Shown here: one piece after another, positions 26,713 to 40,618 of the stretch
Numbering within the stretch: the first letter of the stretch is position 1
How the letters are laid out: every line of letters begins with the position of its first letter
Assembly (NCBI GenBank): GCA_028023455.1
Contig: JAQFVV010000001.1
Coordinates: 16,802,001-16,866,000 of the forward strand
DNA from: Epiperipatus broadwayi
Taxonomy: Eukaryota > Animalia > Onychophora
Length of the DNA stretch: 64,000 bases
Direction of reading: 5' to 3'
Made by a program: the position numbers and the translations under genes
Notes under the pieces: model-generated
What the model saw: the letters and a program-made list of their open reading frames with translations, nothing else
The model's database searches: none
Told to the model about the DNA's origin: nothing

Positions 26713-27009
26713 TATAGAGTACGTAAAAATACACACTCTTATCAAGCTTTTAAAAATACCCTCAACCCCAGACCGCAGTTTCTGCATCTAGCGTCGTCCG
26801 TGAGGTGCTAGGAATGCTAGACTAGTTCTAGTGTTTTTAATCCCTAGCACCTCACTGACGACGCTAGATGCAGAAACCGCGGTCTGGGGTTGAAGGTATT
26901 TTTAAAAGCTTGATAAGAGAGTGTATTTTTACGTACTCTATATATAACATTTGTAAATACGAGCTTTATTAAAATTAAGTCATATGACATCTGACTTGAT
27001 TTTTTATCA
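26713..27009. mobile_element. Young palindromic element, ~100-bp arms, hammerhead motif on each strand
   Basis: Arms 26713-26812 / 26843-26942 differ at 4 positions. Plus-strand motif ACCTCA-CTGACGA-CGCTAGATGCA-GAAA-CCGCGG-TC^TGGGGT (26849-90). Flanking 16/17 direct repeat at 26696-712 / 27010-26. Confidence 0.85.
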
Positions 27010-29149
27010 ACAATATAAATTGTAGACTGAAGCGAACATATTTTTCTTTAAATGAAATAAATGTTATTGTGGTCAGTTTCTTAAAAAAAATCATAAATTG
27101 CTGAGAATAAAAACACTTAATTGTGAATTCTAAATTACTACCTACATTGGCACTAACATTAGAATTAATGATAATTAACATTATTTTGAGTGACAAAAAT
27201 AGATAAAATTGTTTGGTGTTTTTTTATACTCAAAGCAGCTTCACATGTTTGTTATTGAAAGGAATAATTTTTGTTTGTCCTTTTATTTCTTTACAATGAT
27301 GTTTATTACATAAATATTGCCATGTGAATGATATCAGTATTAAGATATCGGAAGTGCTCAGCTTAATATAATACGTTTATTTTGAGTTTTCCTTATTCAG
27401 CATTCATAATGCTATTTGTTACCTTACATCACAAAAACAAATAATTAAGTATTCTTTTGAGAAGTTATAGTATCATTAATAATATTATGGCTACAGCTTA
27501 AGTCAGATTATATTGAAGCTGCCAAAAGAATTAGAACAGATTTACTCAACACATTCACTCTACTTACAGATTTATTATTAGTTTTATATGAGAAGTCCAA
27601 TAATGTGATTTATTTAGTTGGATGAAGTAATATTTTTAAGTAGACATTAATTCCATTATTAAATATGTTAAATACTGATCCATTACCATGGCTCTTCATA
27701 TCTATTATTCATTCCTAGCAGCTAACATTAATTTTTTTACAAGTGCATTTTGATTATTTGGGATAATGAAATTGTTTATACATTGTGCTACTCTTTTTAT
27801 ATATATTTATTTTTTAAGTCATAAATAACATTAAGTAAAGCAACATTAGGCCTATAGTTACTAACTACTATTAGGTATTTAATTGAAGAGAGGTTTTTTC
27901 CCCATGTCAAATATCATGCTAATAAGCTTTTAATTAGTCCGTTAAATAAATAAATAAATGTATATTTAGTTGTTTGGAAAATTAAATGACAGTTGAAAAT
28001 TAAAGTGACAGTTTAGAGCAAACAACCAAGATTTACTTTTTTTACTTTTCATATTAAATAATAATCCAAAGTCATTTAAATCTTCAATTTGAAGTAGAGT
28101 ATTATACTGCTTACTTTGGATTAAACTAAGTTTTGATCTTTAATTCAAATGTATTTGTGGACTCTCAATATTCTAATAAAAATAACATTTACTAAATTTA
28201 CAAATGAAAATTCTAAAGACAATTACATTAACTAAATTAGGTTTTTTTTAAATAAATGGTATATATGTTTCTAATGATAGAAGATATTGAATCAATGGCT
28301 AAATATTATTTTGATATAGTCTTTACTCTTTAACTTGTTTTTATTTTCACTACTTTTTTTTTTTTTTATATCTCACTGACTTCAGTCTTTTAACTTAATA
28401 CAGAACCTGATTATCATGAATCTCTTATGCCACTAAACATCTCTGTATTAGACTTTCCAATGATGGTATATTATTATGCATTCATATTTTCATAATTACA
28501 TACTCCACAGTAATTTTGAATTCAGTTTTGAGATATATATAAAAAAAAACTACATGCATATCTTTTATATATAACAATCAACCCTTAAGCTATTGAGCCT
28601 TGAGTAATTGGCTTTATTGTCTTACAAAATAGTGGTGGTATAATAATAATAATGATAATAATAAATAATAATAAAAACAACAACAACAACATTCACTAGA
28701 AGGCACACAACAATGAAAATTTAATTTCTACCCCTTAATTTAAAATATTCAAAATATATTTTCTAATTTGTTTAATTTTTTTGGTTTGTGAGAAATAATT
28801 CTGACTGCAGGGAACAATTAATATTTAAAGGTAATGAAGAAGGAAAATTGCTTACCAATACAATATGTCAGTATCCTATATATCTAAATATAATGAAAAG
28901 TTTCCATATTGAAGAATAAAAATATTAATACACCAACACCCATCTCTAGATTTCACTGTTCTGGAATTGAATACAGGATATGGTACCTCAAAACAACTAG
29001 TTAAAAGGAAACATATGATTGATAATTGAATAATTCAATACTACAATCCCAAGACAACTTTTCAAAACCTTCAAACATGTCTTTATGGATATATCTATTG
29101 AAATGAGCAAAAAACTTAGACTTTGTGGCTAATTATTCCAATATATAAA

Positions 29150-29645
29150 TATATAAAATGTGCTAAAATGCATGAACACACAAAGCTGAAGACAAAAAAA
29201 TCTTAATACAGATTGATGCAAACTAAATATCTATATCTAAGTATGTGGCTAAGCACTTTCGAGGGCCAGGGTCCTCATATTCATAGCCATCTTGTAAATA
29301 AATAAATTGATTAAGAGTGATGCAAATTTATGCAAATGAGATAGTTATGTATTCCATTTCCTGGAGAGCTTACTTTATTGCTAAAGATAACAACTCTATA
29401 AACAGAAAAGACTCTTGTTATAGGATCTCCAGGAAATGGAATGCATAACTATATCATTTGCATAAATTTGCATCGCTCTTAATCAATTTATTTATTTATA
29501 AGATGGCTATGAATATGAGGACCCTGGCCATCAATGGCACTTAGCCACATACTTAAATACAGATATTTATTTGTATCATTCCATATAAAGATTTCTTTAT
29601 CTTCAGCTTTGTGTGTTCATGTGTTTTAAGGACATTTTATATTTT
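29150..29645. mobile_element. Palindromic element, ~220-bp arms, with variant hammerhead motif in each arm
   Basis: Arms ~29150-29367 / 29426-29645. Minus-strand motif TGGCT-ATGAATA-T-GAGG-ACCCTGGC-CCTC-GAAA-GTGC-TT-AGCCA (29289-29246). The plus-strand copy at 29504-47 is more decayed. Confidence 0.75.
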
Positions 29646-29751
29646 CTATTATAATGGCAATTACCAATGCAGATTGTTCATTATTTTTCTTCCCCAAAGA
29701 ATTTACAATATGTTAAACAAATATAACATGTGGAACACCATATACAGAATA

Positions 29752-29852
29752 GTAATCATCCAAATCAAACATATATAATATTAGAATTATTTAACAAAAA
29801 CAATAATCATCCAAATCATACATATATAATATTAGAATTATTTAACAAAAAC
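29752..29852. repeat. 51-bp tandem duplication
   Basis: Two near-identical copies of ataatcatccaaatca(a/t)acatatataatattagaattatttaacaaaaac. Confidence 0.9.
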
Positions 29853-29869
29853 AACAAAAAAGTAGAGTT

Positions 29870-32800
29870 AATAAAAGAATCACAATAGTAGATAAATATA
29901 TATTCAGAAATAGAAATCAACAATAAAACATTTGTATAATTGGTTTATTAAAAAAAATCACCTACCTTAACTGTAACATAGATGTATTCCATAAGCTTAC
30001 AAAAAAATTATAACATTATAATTGGCTTCCATCTGGCATATTTTAAAGATATTCTGATCCCAGGTTATAGCAAATGCTGTGAATTTTAAATCAAATTGCA
30101 CAAAAACATACATCCAAATGATATACCCACATAAATATCAGTTTAAGAAACCATGATTTTCTTAATAAATCATGGATTCAAGCCCCAATGCAAACACAGA
30201 GGACACATGATTAAAACTTACTCTAAATTTCTATGCCTGTAATACAATATAACATGCCATAATGCCTGAAGTAAAATTTTTTTTTCAAGAACAGCAAACA
30301 AGAATCCAACAGAAAAACCACAATCAGAATTGTTAACAAACATACAGAAGATTCTTTTATCAATGCTTTTGATATGCAGCAATCAATCAAAAATGGAAAA
30401 GTACATAAAGATATATTACTCACAGATGACATTAATCAAGAAAGACATAATAATATAGTAGCAAAGTCATGAATAATATGGTCACATCTTGTTCATTAGC
30501 TAAAGCTTCAATCAATGATCAAGGCTACCAAAGTTAATGTAAGCCAGATAGACCACCATGAAAGAAACATGGAATAAAAACAACTACAAACTTTCAGGAA
30601 AGTGAAGAAGATGACTAACCCTCTACAAAATTCAATAACAAAAAAGTAAAAACCTAGTTTACTAATCCATAGATAAAGACTTTCTAATATCAAATGCATT
30701 ATGTAGTAATAGAGAAAATCACTCAAAACAATGCTTCTCATAGTTCAGAAGTGTCATCTTACTGCAACAGTGCTGACTGCATAAATTCATTTGCTTCATA
30801 AAAATTTTCAAGCTTAGATATTCAAAAAAAGAAACTAAACTTTAGATTATTTATTTAAAATTTACCACAAATGATTATTTTAAACAATAAGTCAAGAGAT
30901 TTGTTCAAACATTAAGCACTTACTTATTAGATTTCACAGCTTAACTAATAACTAATTTTTAAAATAGGAGTCTTCAATATCAAGATTAAACTCAATTAAC
31001 AAAATACACCTACTAGAAAAATGCCATGAAATCGTTCAACATCATACAGTAGAACCTCTAGAAACAAAAATTTATAATGATTCTCAGACTGAATCATCAG
31101 ACCACTTATACAAAAAAGGATTCTCTCTTCATTTCCAAAGGTCCTTAGGTTCGTCAGTTGAAATGGAAATGATAATCTCTAAAATCTTGCCTATTACAGG
31201 CATTTGCACATCTGCTTATTATCACATTACTCCAATAATTAATTTACATTAAATATTCTATCTGTATATATACCCCCAGACTTAATAATAATAAATAGAA
31301 TAATACTGATAATCAACTCAATATTAGCATCTTCTCTAAATTTATGTCTGCTGCTAAGTGACTTTAATATGATTTAGAATAACTTTATTATAAAATGACA
31401 TCAAAAAATTCCCTTTCCTTTGGCAACAGCAGACATTAATCACATATAGATTTGACTTCTACTTTTCAAAGTTTCATCATACGGATTAACTTGTCATTAT
31501 AAAATTCACTGCTTACAGATCATCTTGCCTCTTAATCAAACTTAATCTTGATTTTGCTCAAGTTCGAGCCCAAGCATGGATTACCTTTGTTATAAAAGTT
31601 CATTCAACACAAATTACACCACAAAAACAAAGCTCTTCTCATTAATGATTTATATAAACAAAATAAGCAATTACACACCACCAAATTATTACTATATAGA
31701 AATAGAGGTTCTAAGAGTAACTTATATATCAACAGGTGGTATTTTTAGAGAATACCTAACTGCAATATATATATAAACAAGCTACATGTAAGGACTAGAT
31801 ACTACATATGATGGGCACTTGAAAAACCCTCAAAAGTAAGAAAATCTATCACTCTAAAATTGGAGATGAAATCATCACAGGTTACAACATGATTCTCACT
31901 CTATATATGTGCTATAAAGACAAATCATAAAACAGATGTTAGTTAACTAACCTTGATATTTTCTAGTCCAGGAAATAAAGCCACCCCAGAAAACATGGCA
32001 TTACATCTATCTAAGCCAATTTACAACACCATTTATTTAAAGGTGCAACTTTTTAACCGTAAAATAAGATTTTGATATGATTCTGGCAGTATTTTGCTGA
32101 AAGTATGCTTAGTACAATTTAAATTTTAAATTGTTTTATCTTTTCTTAATTCTCATTTATAACAAGGTTATCAATATTACAATAAGTAAAGAAAAGTGAA
32201 GTAAATACCATTCAGACAGCATCATATCTATTAAAAATGGCAAACTATCTATCAAAAACAGTCAATCACATCCATATATTATACCAATTCTCACTGGTTC
32301 TCTTCATAAAGAAAACTCACACTCAGTCATCTTTGACTTATCTTAACGGTACAACGGTACCTCTACAAATAAAAATTTCTTAAATCAGCAATAAAAGACA
32401 AAACTAAACAATACCTATTCCTACTCCTGTCAAAAACCCTATTTGTTAAAAAAGTATTATCAACACCACAAGCCATCTTTCTATGTAAAACAGTTATTGA
32501 CTCAGAAGAAAAAATCCTCATAGTTGTTTAGCTAGATATCAGAGCAACATATTGTCCTATTAAACCTCCTTAACAAAACATTAATAAAAATAAATATTTC
32601 AATATCAATAACCTATGTTCTTACAAATTTCCATCTAAATAAAGAAATACATATAACATTAAATGGCAGATAATCTCCATTTTTACTTCAAGGATCTCTT
32701 GCCTTTCTATTCATGATATACATTAATCCCCTACTCAACAAGATAGATTAAAAATTATCAGGCATTTATATATCAGATGTGAAAACAATCATATCAAATG

Positions 32801-34050
32801 TCACCTATTGACATCACTGTCTTTTTTAATTTCAAAAAAGAGATTCTATTTCTATTACAAATATTGAAAGTTTACTTAATGACTGATACATTTCAATATA
32901 AATAAATTCTGCGTTTGGTTAATTTTTATTAGTAAAACTAACAAACAATGCTTCAAAAGGGATCTTTGTATCTTTCTAGATATATTCCATCTCAGCAGCT
33001 CAGAAATATATATATAAAATCAAGAAAATCTTACAATAAAGTAAAACACCTCATCAACACTCTCTCTAAATCATATATTTGTCTTTACTCCAAAACATCT
33101 CTCAGCAACATTCTAATTATTTTCAAAATTAAATACTTCCAATTTATCATAAACTATATAAAGATATTCATTGCAAATATATATTCCCTAACCAGAAAAA
33201 TGAAATCTGTCTCTCTCAACCACCTACAAAATCTTCTCACACAAAAATGGACTTGATCTACTCTTAATAAGCATATTTAAAATTTAAGAAACATTAAATC
33301 TTATCTCTACCTGTTTTACCATATCACCTCAAATTGAAATATCCTTTAAAATTGATCCAACTAATAGTTATACTTTCCATTTGGAGAGATTTTGAAAATA
33401 TATCATTAAATCAATATTAGACATTCCTACCTTTTCTTTAAACCACCCATAGATAAATGCAAACATTTGGACACCCTTAGTTACTCATATGCCCAATCCA
33501 GAACAGATATTAAAAAATATTTCTCAAAATAAGTAACAAAAAAATCACTATAAAAATTTAAAATTTGTATCTTAGAACCAATTTTTTTTTTATTTTTCAG
33601 TTAAACTAAATCTAGATTCACTCCTTTCATTGCACTTCTACACATATAGAAGGTTACACATCAATATTGCACTTCTACACATATAGAAGGTTACACATCA
33701 ATATAGAGGACTTCTGTCAGTTATGAAAAAAAACACAGAATATCCAATTTCATCTATTTATAGAATGTCTGTCATTAAATTCCATTTGTATAAAAATTCC
33801 AATGAAACCCCAAAATGAATATCCATTCTCTGATTTTAACATTCACAGCAAATATGTTAATATCCACATCAGTTTATTTGTCCTATATGCTTTGTGGTTC
33901 ATCACATGCACATTCATCTACAACCATAATCCTAAAAGACACCCAAATACTTTTGTGAATAAAATGAAATCCATGCTAGATAGTGATAATAAGTTCTAAC
34001 ACAACTCGAGAATTGATAAGACTTTAATTAAACTACCCTCTAGATGATGT
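29870..34050 (+). mobile_element. Highly decayed L1/Tx1-like LINE (ORF1 knuckle, APE, RT remnants)
   Basis: PQCKHRGHMIKT knuckle remnant (~30185), SLLTDHLA APE motif (~31510), and RT-like remnants at 32660-32990. Contains a 37-bp tandem duplication at ~33631-33704. Confidence 0.45.
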
Positions 34051-34885
34051 AATAGGCCATAAAAAATAAATTATAACATGGAACAACAAATGATGACAAT
34101 CATTATGTTTTTAGGTTAAAAACAGCAACCATATATTATTTTTGTAAATGTAAATAAAATTACCATTTATCTTTTTTTTACAATGTAAATCAATGAACTC
34201 ACACCATCTTATAAATTCATTTGAAATTTAATAATAATAATATATTTTTTTCTGAAGTAAAATAGCGTTCTCGAACAATTCTATATAACTTACATCTATC
34301 TATTTATAAAAAGATACTGGAATACAATATAAAAATGTTAATCACTCTTAATATATCAAAAATAGTATCAAGGATCATTTGTCCAAGAATATAAATTTAG
34401 TTTTGAACAGAAGATTTTAAATAATATATGACTGTTTTATACGTATAGAATATCAATCTATCTACAGTTACATTGCTGGCATTTTAAACCCATTAATACA
34501 TAAATAGTATTTACATACAATAAAACAATTAAAAATGATTAAACATAAAAAATAGAAGAAAAGATGAAAAAGCATTTTAATTATTTTTTTTTAAGCTAGA
34601 GAGAATCAAAACCGATTATTACTTGCATTATTTTTTTTTAAAAATACATTTAAATAACGACAAAAAACATTTTTTTAAAAAATTAATAATTAAATTTGCA
34701 AAGATTTTGTTTTCTCTCTTTTTTTAAAATGTAAAACTATATTCAAGTTATTGTGATTTTCTGCTCCATTGTGCATTTACAATAATGTGTGTGCAGTTAG
34801 CTGCGAAGAAAAACTGAAAACAACACGAACAACCAATTATGTAAAGCATCATTAATATTAACCGCAAGACTGAAATGTTACTTAC

Positions 34886-35000
34886 CTCATAATAATAAGG
34901 AGTTACTGGTTGGGATAAAATTTCCGAAATCAGAAAAGCGAAACATCCAACAATTAATAGTTTAGCATAAAGAGAACTGAAGATGCGGAATAGAGAAGCC
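34886..35000 (-). CDS. Otop: Otopetrin coding exon (TM1)
   Basis: Acceptor tttatag, then 1 nt plus ASLFRIFSSLYAKLLIVGCFAFLISEILSQPVTPYYYE (cf. OtopL LSALYGKLLVVMGIAF..EVIS..PP.FYE). Donor GAG|GTAAGT, phase 0, matches the exon starting at 11644. Confidence 0.92.
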
Positions 35001-35822
35001 CTATAAATATTAAAAAGTGCAAAGATCTAAAATATAAGTAAATAAAATAATTATAATTATTGAAACAAAATAAAATAATTACGTGCGTGTTAATGTGTAA
35101 AATACAACGGTTAATCTCAAGCTAGTTTATATATACACATACAAATAGACACACATGTAAAAATTATTTTACTAATTATTTAGAATTTATTTTGTTTCTT
35201 CTATATAAAAAAATAGCACAATATTTTCCAGTCTAATTTGTAAATATATAGAGAGTAATTGTATTATTAATGATGTAAATGAAATAAAGTTTATAACGTA
35301 GTTTTAAAACTGAGTCGGTATTATGATGGGTTAAAAAATGCTTATGAAATAGAAAACTATTTTTAATGATGATCAAGAGTTACCATCTCGTGGTAATATT
35401 CACAGCCTAGACACATAAAATGTACAGTTGAACATAATATGTGAATGGATAATAATTTCAGTATTCTTTAAAATGGAATGTAAGATTGATATAAAGTTAA
35501 TAGTCTATTTATTTCAAATTTTTAATTTTTATTGTTCCCTCATATAGTTTTGGTACATTTTTTAATTATACATAGAATCAATAAATATACTTTAGATATA
35601 TTTATGATTGAGTGTGTAGATTAAAAAAATTGTCAAAAAGAATTTCTGATTAAGATATTGTCAATGTTAAAAAAAATGCTTTTATTAAACTTTGTATTAA
35701 ACATTTTCTTTATGTAATATACATGTATTATTATAACTAAAAAGAAAATCAAGTCATTTTAAATATTTTATTAAAGGTATTTTTAGCAAAACTTTTTATG
35801 TTTAATAAAAGTATAAACATTG

Positions 35823-36137
<315 letters not shown>

Positions 36138-37252
36138 TTTGGAAAATAAAATGTTTTTCAAGTATAACTTATAAATGGCAGAATAAATTAACTTATTTTT
36201 ATTACTGTTAAAAGGGAAAATTGAAAGAAAAAAATAAGATTTGAAATCTATACTAAAATAGTGTTGTATCCTAAATGTTCATAGACTAAAGGTATTTTAA
36301 GGATAAACAGAAAGTCTTGAATTGGCTACTCAGTGTCGTTGGGTAGCGCCCCATCATCATGATGGCATTAGAAAAAGAGCAATTAAAACTCCTTTAACTA
36401 AATCTTGGACTAACTACTTGCATTATGACATTATTAAATTCATGCTGGCAAACAGGTAAATCTAATTAAAATTGAATGATAAAAGTCTACTGCATTAAAA
36501 CCAAATAAATATCTATATGATCTTCGCAAAAGTAACATTTTCCAGCTTATTTAGATAAACTTCTCATTCTTAATATTTATAAAACTAAACCATAAATTCA
36601 TTCAAATCTGACATTTAAATAAAATAAATATTTAACTTCTACTAATTATTCCAAAATTTCACTATTTTACTGTTATACTTTTTTATCCACAGATAAAATT
36701 AGTAATAAGTTTTGAGTATAAAGTTATTTTTATCAATTTTATTTTAATAGTTTGTTTTAATAAGGAACATATATATAAATGATACAGGATTCCCTCATAT
36801 TTAAATTAAATCATTTAAAAAAACATTTTGTTTTCAATTTACTTTAAAAAAAAGAGAGAGAAAAAAAAGGAAAAGTATTATAAACTAAAAATCTCATCTA
36901 AACCCATTCTTCTTTATCTGTTTAAGGTTTCCAGGAGCCATAATGAATTTTTAAAAAAACTGATCTGAGACACAATTTTCACAATAACTTCAGTTTTAAT
37001 AATGTTAGAGCAAAAAATTTTACATTGATCGAAACTAGAAAAACTAAGGAAAACAATAACGCTAACACAAATAGTGATTACTATTTAAAAAATAAGAAAA
37101 AAAAGAAATTTCAATATCTGACACAATTATTACTTTATTGTTTGTTCATAATTTCTAATTCATCATTAACTAAGCTTAAATTACATTTTCAGTGATAATT
37201 TCTTTGTATTCCTTACAAAATTATCTTTCAAACCATATATAATACTTCTTAC

Positions 37253-37349
37253 CTGAGATAATCCATAGCTTCAGAATCTCCAAAAGTATTCGCATAAGAA
37301 TTCTTCATGTTTATCTTGTAACCCACAAGTTGATAAATCTCAAAGGCGT
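37253..37349 (-). CDS. Otop: Probable alternative first coding exon of otopetrin (short N-terminus MKNSYANTFGDSEAMDYL-R)
   Basis: Strong acceptor ttttcttatag and donor CAG|GTAAGA. ATG at 37308 ends in phase 2, in frame with the exon at 35000. It is out of frame (stop) if joined to the 61561 exon. Confidence 0.6.
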
Positions 37350-38216
37350 CTATAAGAAAAAGATTCATCCTAATAAAAGATACAAACAAATTATTTCCAG
37401 AATATGAATATGCTTTTGTCATCATAGCAATTAACTTATTGTTGATCTAAAACTAGAAATTGTAGGCTACTGTCTGTATCACTGATAAAATGAGTTTCAT
37501 CTCTTCATTTTATATATTTTTGTGTATATCAGTGATGTTTATATTCTTTATGCACACCACTATCTTGTTATATTTATTGCCTAGACATAATTTATTTGCA
37601 TGTAGTTCATTTATTAGCTATAGACTTAAAAATAATGTGATGCAAGATGTGGCAAAACTACTAACTCCACAGCATGAGTATCAAAACATAGGCAAGACTC
37701 AGAATGATTCTTTGCCTGCATACAATTCCATGTGGTAAATGCATAACCATTGTTGCTATTACTACACAAACATCATTTGAAATCTCTATTGGTTTTAAGT
37801 GTTTATATTTTTACATGGTACTATGCCCAGTAAATTTTGTGAATACTTTATCAACTGCAATCTGCAACCTTTCTGTACATTTGATTATCAGTTTTTAATA
37901 TTTACATTGCACTGCTCTAAATATGTAAATCATTACTCATTATACAACATTCAAGAGTAAACACAAATACACTATATAAGCATAATAATAAATTATTAAC
38001 AAACTTGGATCAAAGACACAAAATTACTGTACATATGAATAATAATTTATATACCGCATAATAAAGAGCACAAATGATTTAATATTATATTATTTATAAT
38101 TTATATACTACACACACACACACCAATATAAACATAAATTAATAAATTATACAAATTTATCAAGTAATTAAAATAAATTAAAAATATTATTAAAAAAATT
38201 AAAAATATATACTTAC

Positions 38217-38393
38217 GATAGATATTCTGTGATTACATTCACATCCCATTATAGACCTTGAATGTGAATGACCAGAGTATTTTTAATCCATTTTCACCAT
38301 ATAACGTGGCTGATTAAAATTTTCTACCTTTATTGCTTCATGTGAACTAGAAAATTGACTAAAATAGAAAAAAATTAAATTTGCCTATTTATA
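38217..38393 (-). promoter_or_regulatory. Putative internal promoter (TATA + Inr) and non-coding first exon
   Basis: TATAAATA at 38393-86 and Inr-like TTAGTC with A at 38360, about 33 nt downstream. Donor ATC|GTAAGT at 38216. Confidence 0.5.
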
Positions 38394-39854
38394 AAAAAAT
38401 AAATTTCAAATTTCATCCAATTTCAATCAAAAAGATGCCATTTAAAAGAGATTTGTAAGATGCATTGAATGCCCATATTTCTGTTGATGTCATACTTATA
38501 GTTTTTATGTAATTTAAAAAAGAAAATGAAATTTCAACCAATCTGCTATGACGCATGATTGATAAGCTGTTATGGATCAAATCATTATATAACTCAATCA
38601 AAATTATTAATTTAATCAGAAATATAAATTATTGCTTGTATATTTATCTGCTAAGTAATTTTATTTCATAAATCAAATTAATATGAATTAATACTAATAT
38701 CTATATCATAATGTTTTTTATAATATATCTGTTAATTATTGAATATTATGTTATTATATTTATTATACATTATATTAATAAAAAATAATAAGAAATTTCT
38801 AAGTATCTTAAATCTTTCAGACAAACCAAAATGGAGTACATATTCTCATAAGAAACTCAATAACGGCTGTTGTTTTTAAAATATTGTTTAATTAATAATG
38901 TTATGGATGTTTTATGCAAAGCAAGCTATTTCATTTATTTTTGCTTTTATTAAGATTGTTTAAATTAGTATTATTATTATTTATATTTGGACACTTATTA
39001 TCATAATGACCGGTACAACTATCAGAATTACTATTTAACTATATATTGATGGATGGTATCATATGGTTACAGAATTTGATAATTGCAATTAGTTAGAGGA
39101 TAATTCAAGTTTGTTATTTTTAACAATAAGTGCATAATTATTTATTTATTGATTTATTTTTGAAATTGAACAGCATATAAACACTATTAAATTGAAAAGT
39201 TAATTACTCTAGAGAGAAATAATTTTTAAATTAGTTTTATCAAAACTTTTCTCAACCGAACTCGGGTATTAAGTCTTTAGGATGTGACCCATAGGTTTTC
39301 ATGCTACAGGGCAAAATAACTCCACAAAAACAAAGGTTAAAATTTTGAACTAACTGCCAACTACACTGTAAAATAATTTCAAGAAGTCATCAAGCAGAAG
39401 CCTACTTTAACTTCAAGTAATTTTAAGAAAAAGCTGCTAGAGAATAAAGTTTATATTTATAAGGGGAGACAATTGCTTGATAATTAACAGTTTCAAAATT
39501 CCAGTGGAAACAACATATACAATTGTGTTGGAAATCATATAAGAAAAATAAATCAAAGAAGCTGTTCAGTTAAAACAAAATCTGCAGAAATTAGTTTTTA
39601 TAAAATTCACTAGAGAAATAACAAGCAAGAAATTTCTTTTTAAAAATATTTCATTATAAAAGAAGTCTGAGATAACAAAGAAAAAGACTATTTTATATTT
39701 AATTTTTGATTATTATTATTAATAATACTGAATGTTATATAAAATATTTAATATTCTTAAAGTACACTGATCTATATTTATAAAATAATATTTGTTAAAA
39801 TCTTGATTAATTTTATCAATTAATAAAAACATTAAAGTCAATCAAATATATATA

Positions 39855-40618
39855 TTTACAAACCCATTTAGCCTTCAGCATTATTATACTTATTATTTAA
39901 AACTTATAATAGGCTTTGAACGTATATAGGTGACATTAATAAAATTTTTTCACAAATAACAACGTTTAGCTTAGGCTTAAGTAATACTTTGGGTGCAATT
40001 TGAAATTTGTAATTGCAATCTGTAATGTTCTAATTGACTATTATATTTACATGTTTAAAGAGATTTATTTAAACTTCTTTGTACCAATAATTTCAATTTC
40101 TGTGGTGAAGTTGCAATCTTTAGTGCCTATACAAATATATTGACCATTAACAAAGGTGGGATTCCACTTTTATTGTTAAAAGGAGGTAGCCTTGACAACA
40201 GTTTAAAATTGTTGATTGTTATTGATATTGGAAATGTCTTAGCATTGACTGATTTATAAGGATTAGTTACAACCCCATTTAGTCCTGAGCATTATTACAC
40301 TTATTATTTAAGTAATATTTTGGGTGCAATTTGAAATTTATAATTGCAGTTTGTAGTGTTGTCATTGATTATTTATTAGTCTGCATTCAGAACAGCTTAC
40401 ATTTATCTGTTTAAAGAGGTTTATTTACACTTCTTTGTATCAATAATTTCAATCTCTGTGGTTAAATTGCAATCTTTAGTATCTATGTAAATCTATGGGA
40501 CCATTAATAAAGGTGAGATTCCACCTTTATTATTAAAAAGAGATTGCCTTGACAACAGTTTGAAATTGTTGATTGTTATTGATATTGGGGATTGCTAAGT
40601 GTTGACTGGTTTTTAATG
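39855..40618 (-). mobile_element. Two tandem ~380-400-bp units, probably Penelope-like pseudo-LTRs
   Basis: Direct repeat 39855-40260 / 40265-40618, flanked by (TA)n. The minus strand gives SHLY*WSHRFT*ILKI..RLKLL and EIEII.TKK..SLN, resembling the C-terminus of a PLE GIY-YIG endonuclease. A decayed hammerhead-like string lies at each unit end. Confidence 0.45.

Noticed and set aside
36320-36375. GC-richer island with TGATGA-TGGG/CCCA on the minus strand
   Set aside because: There is no GAAA and no stem I closure.
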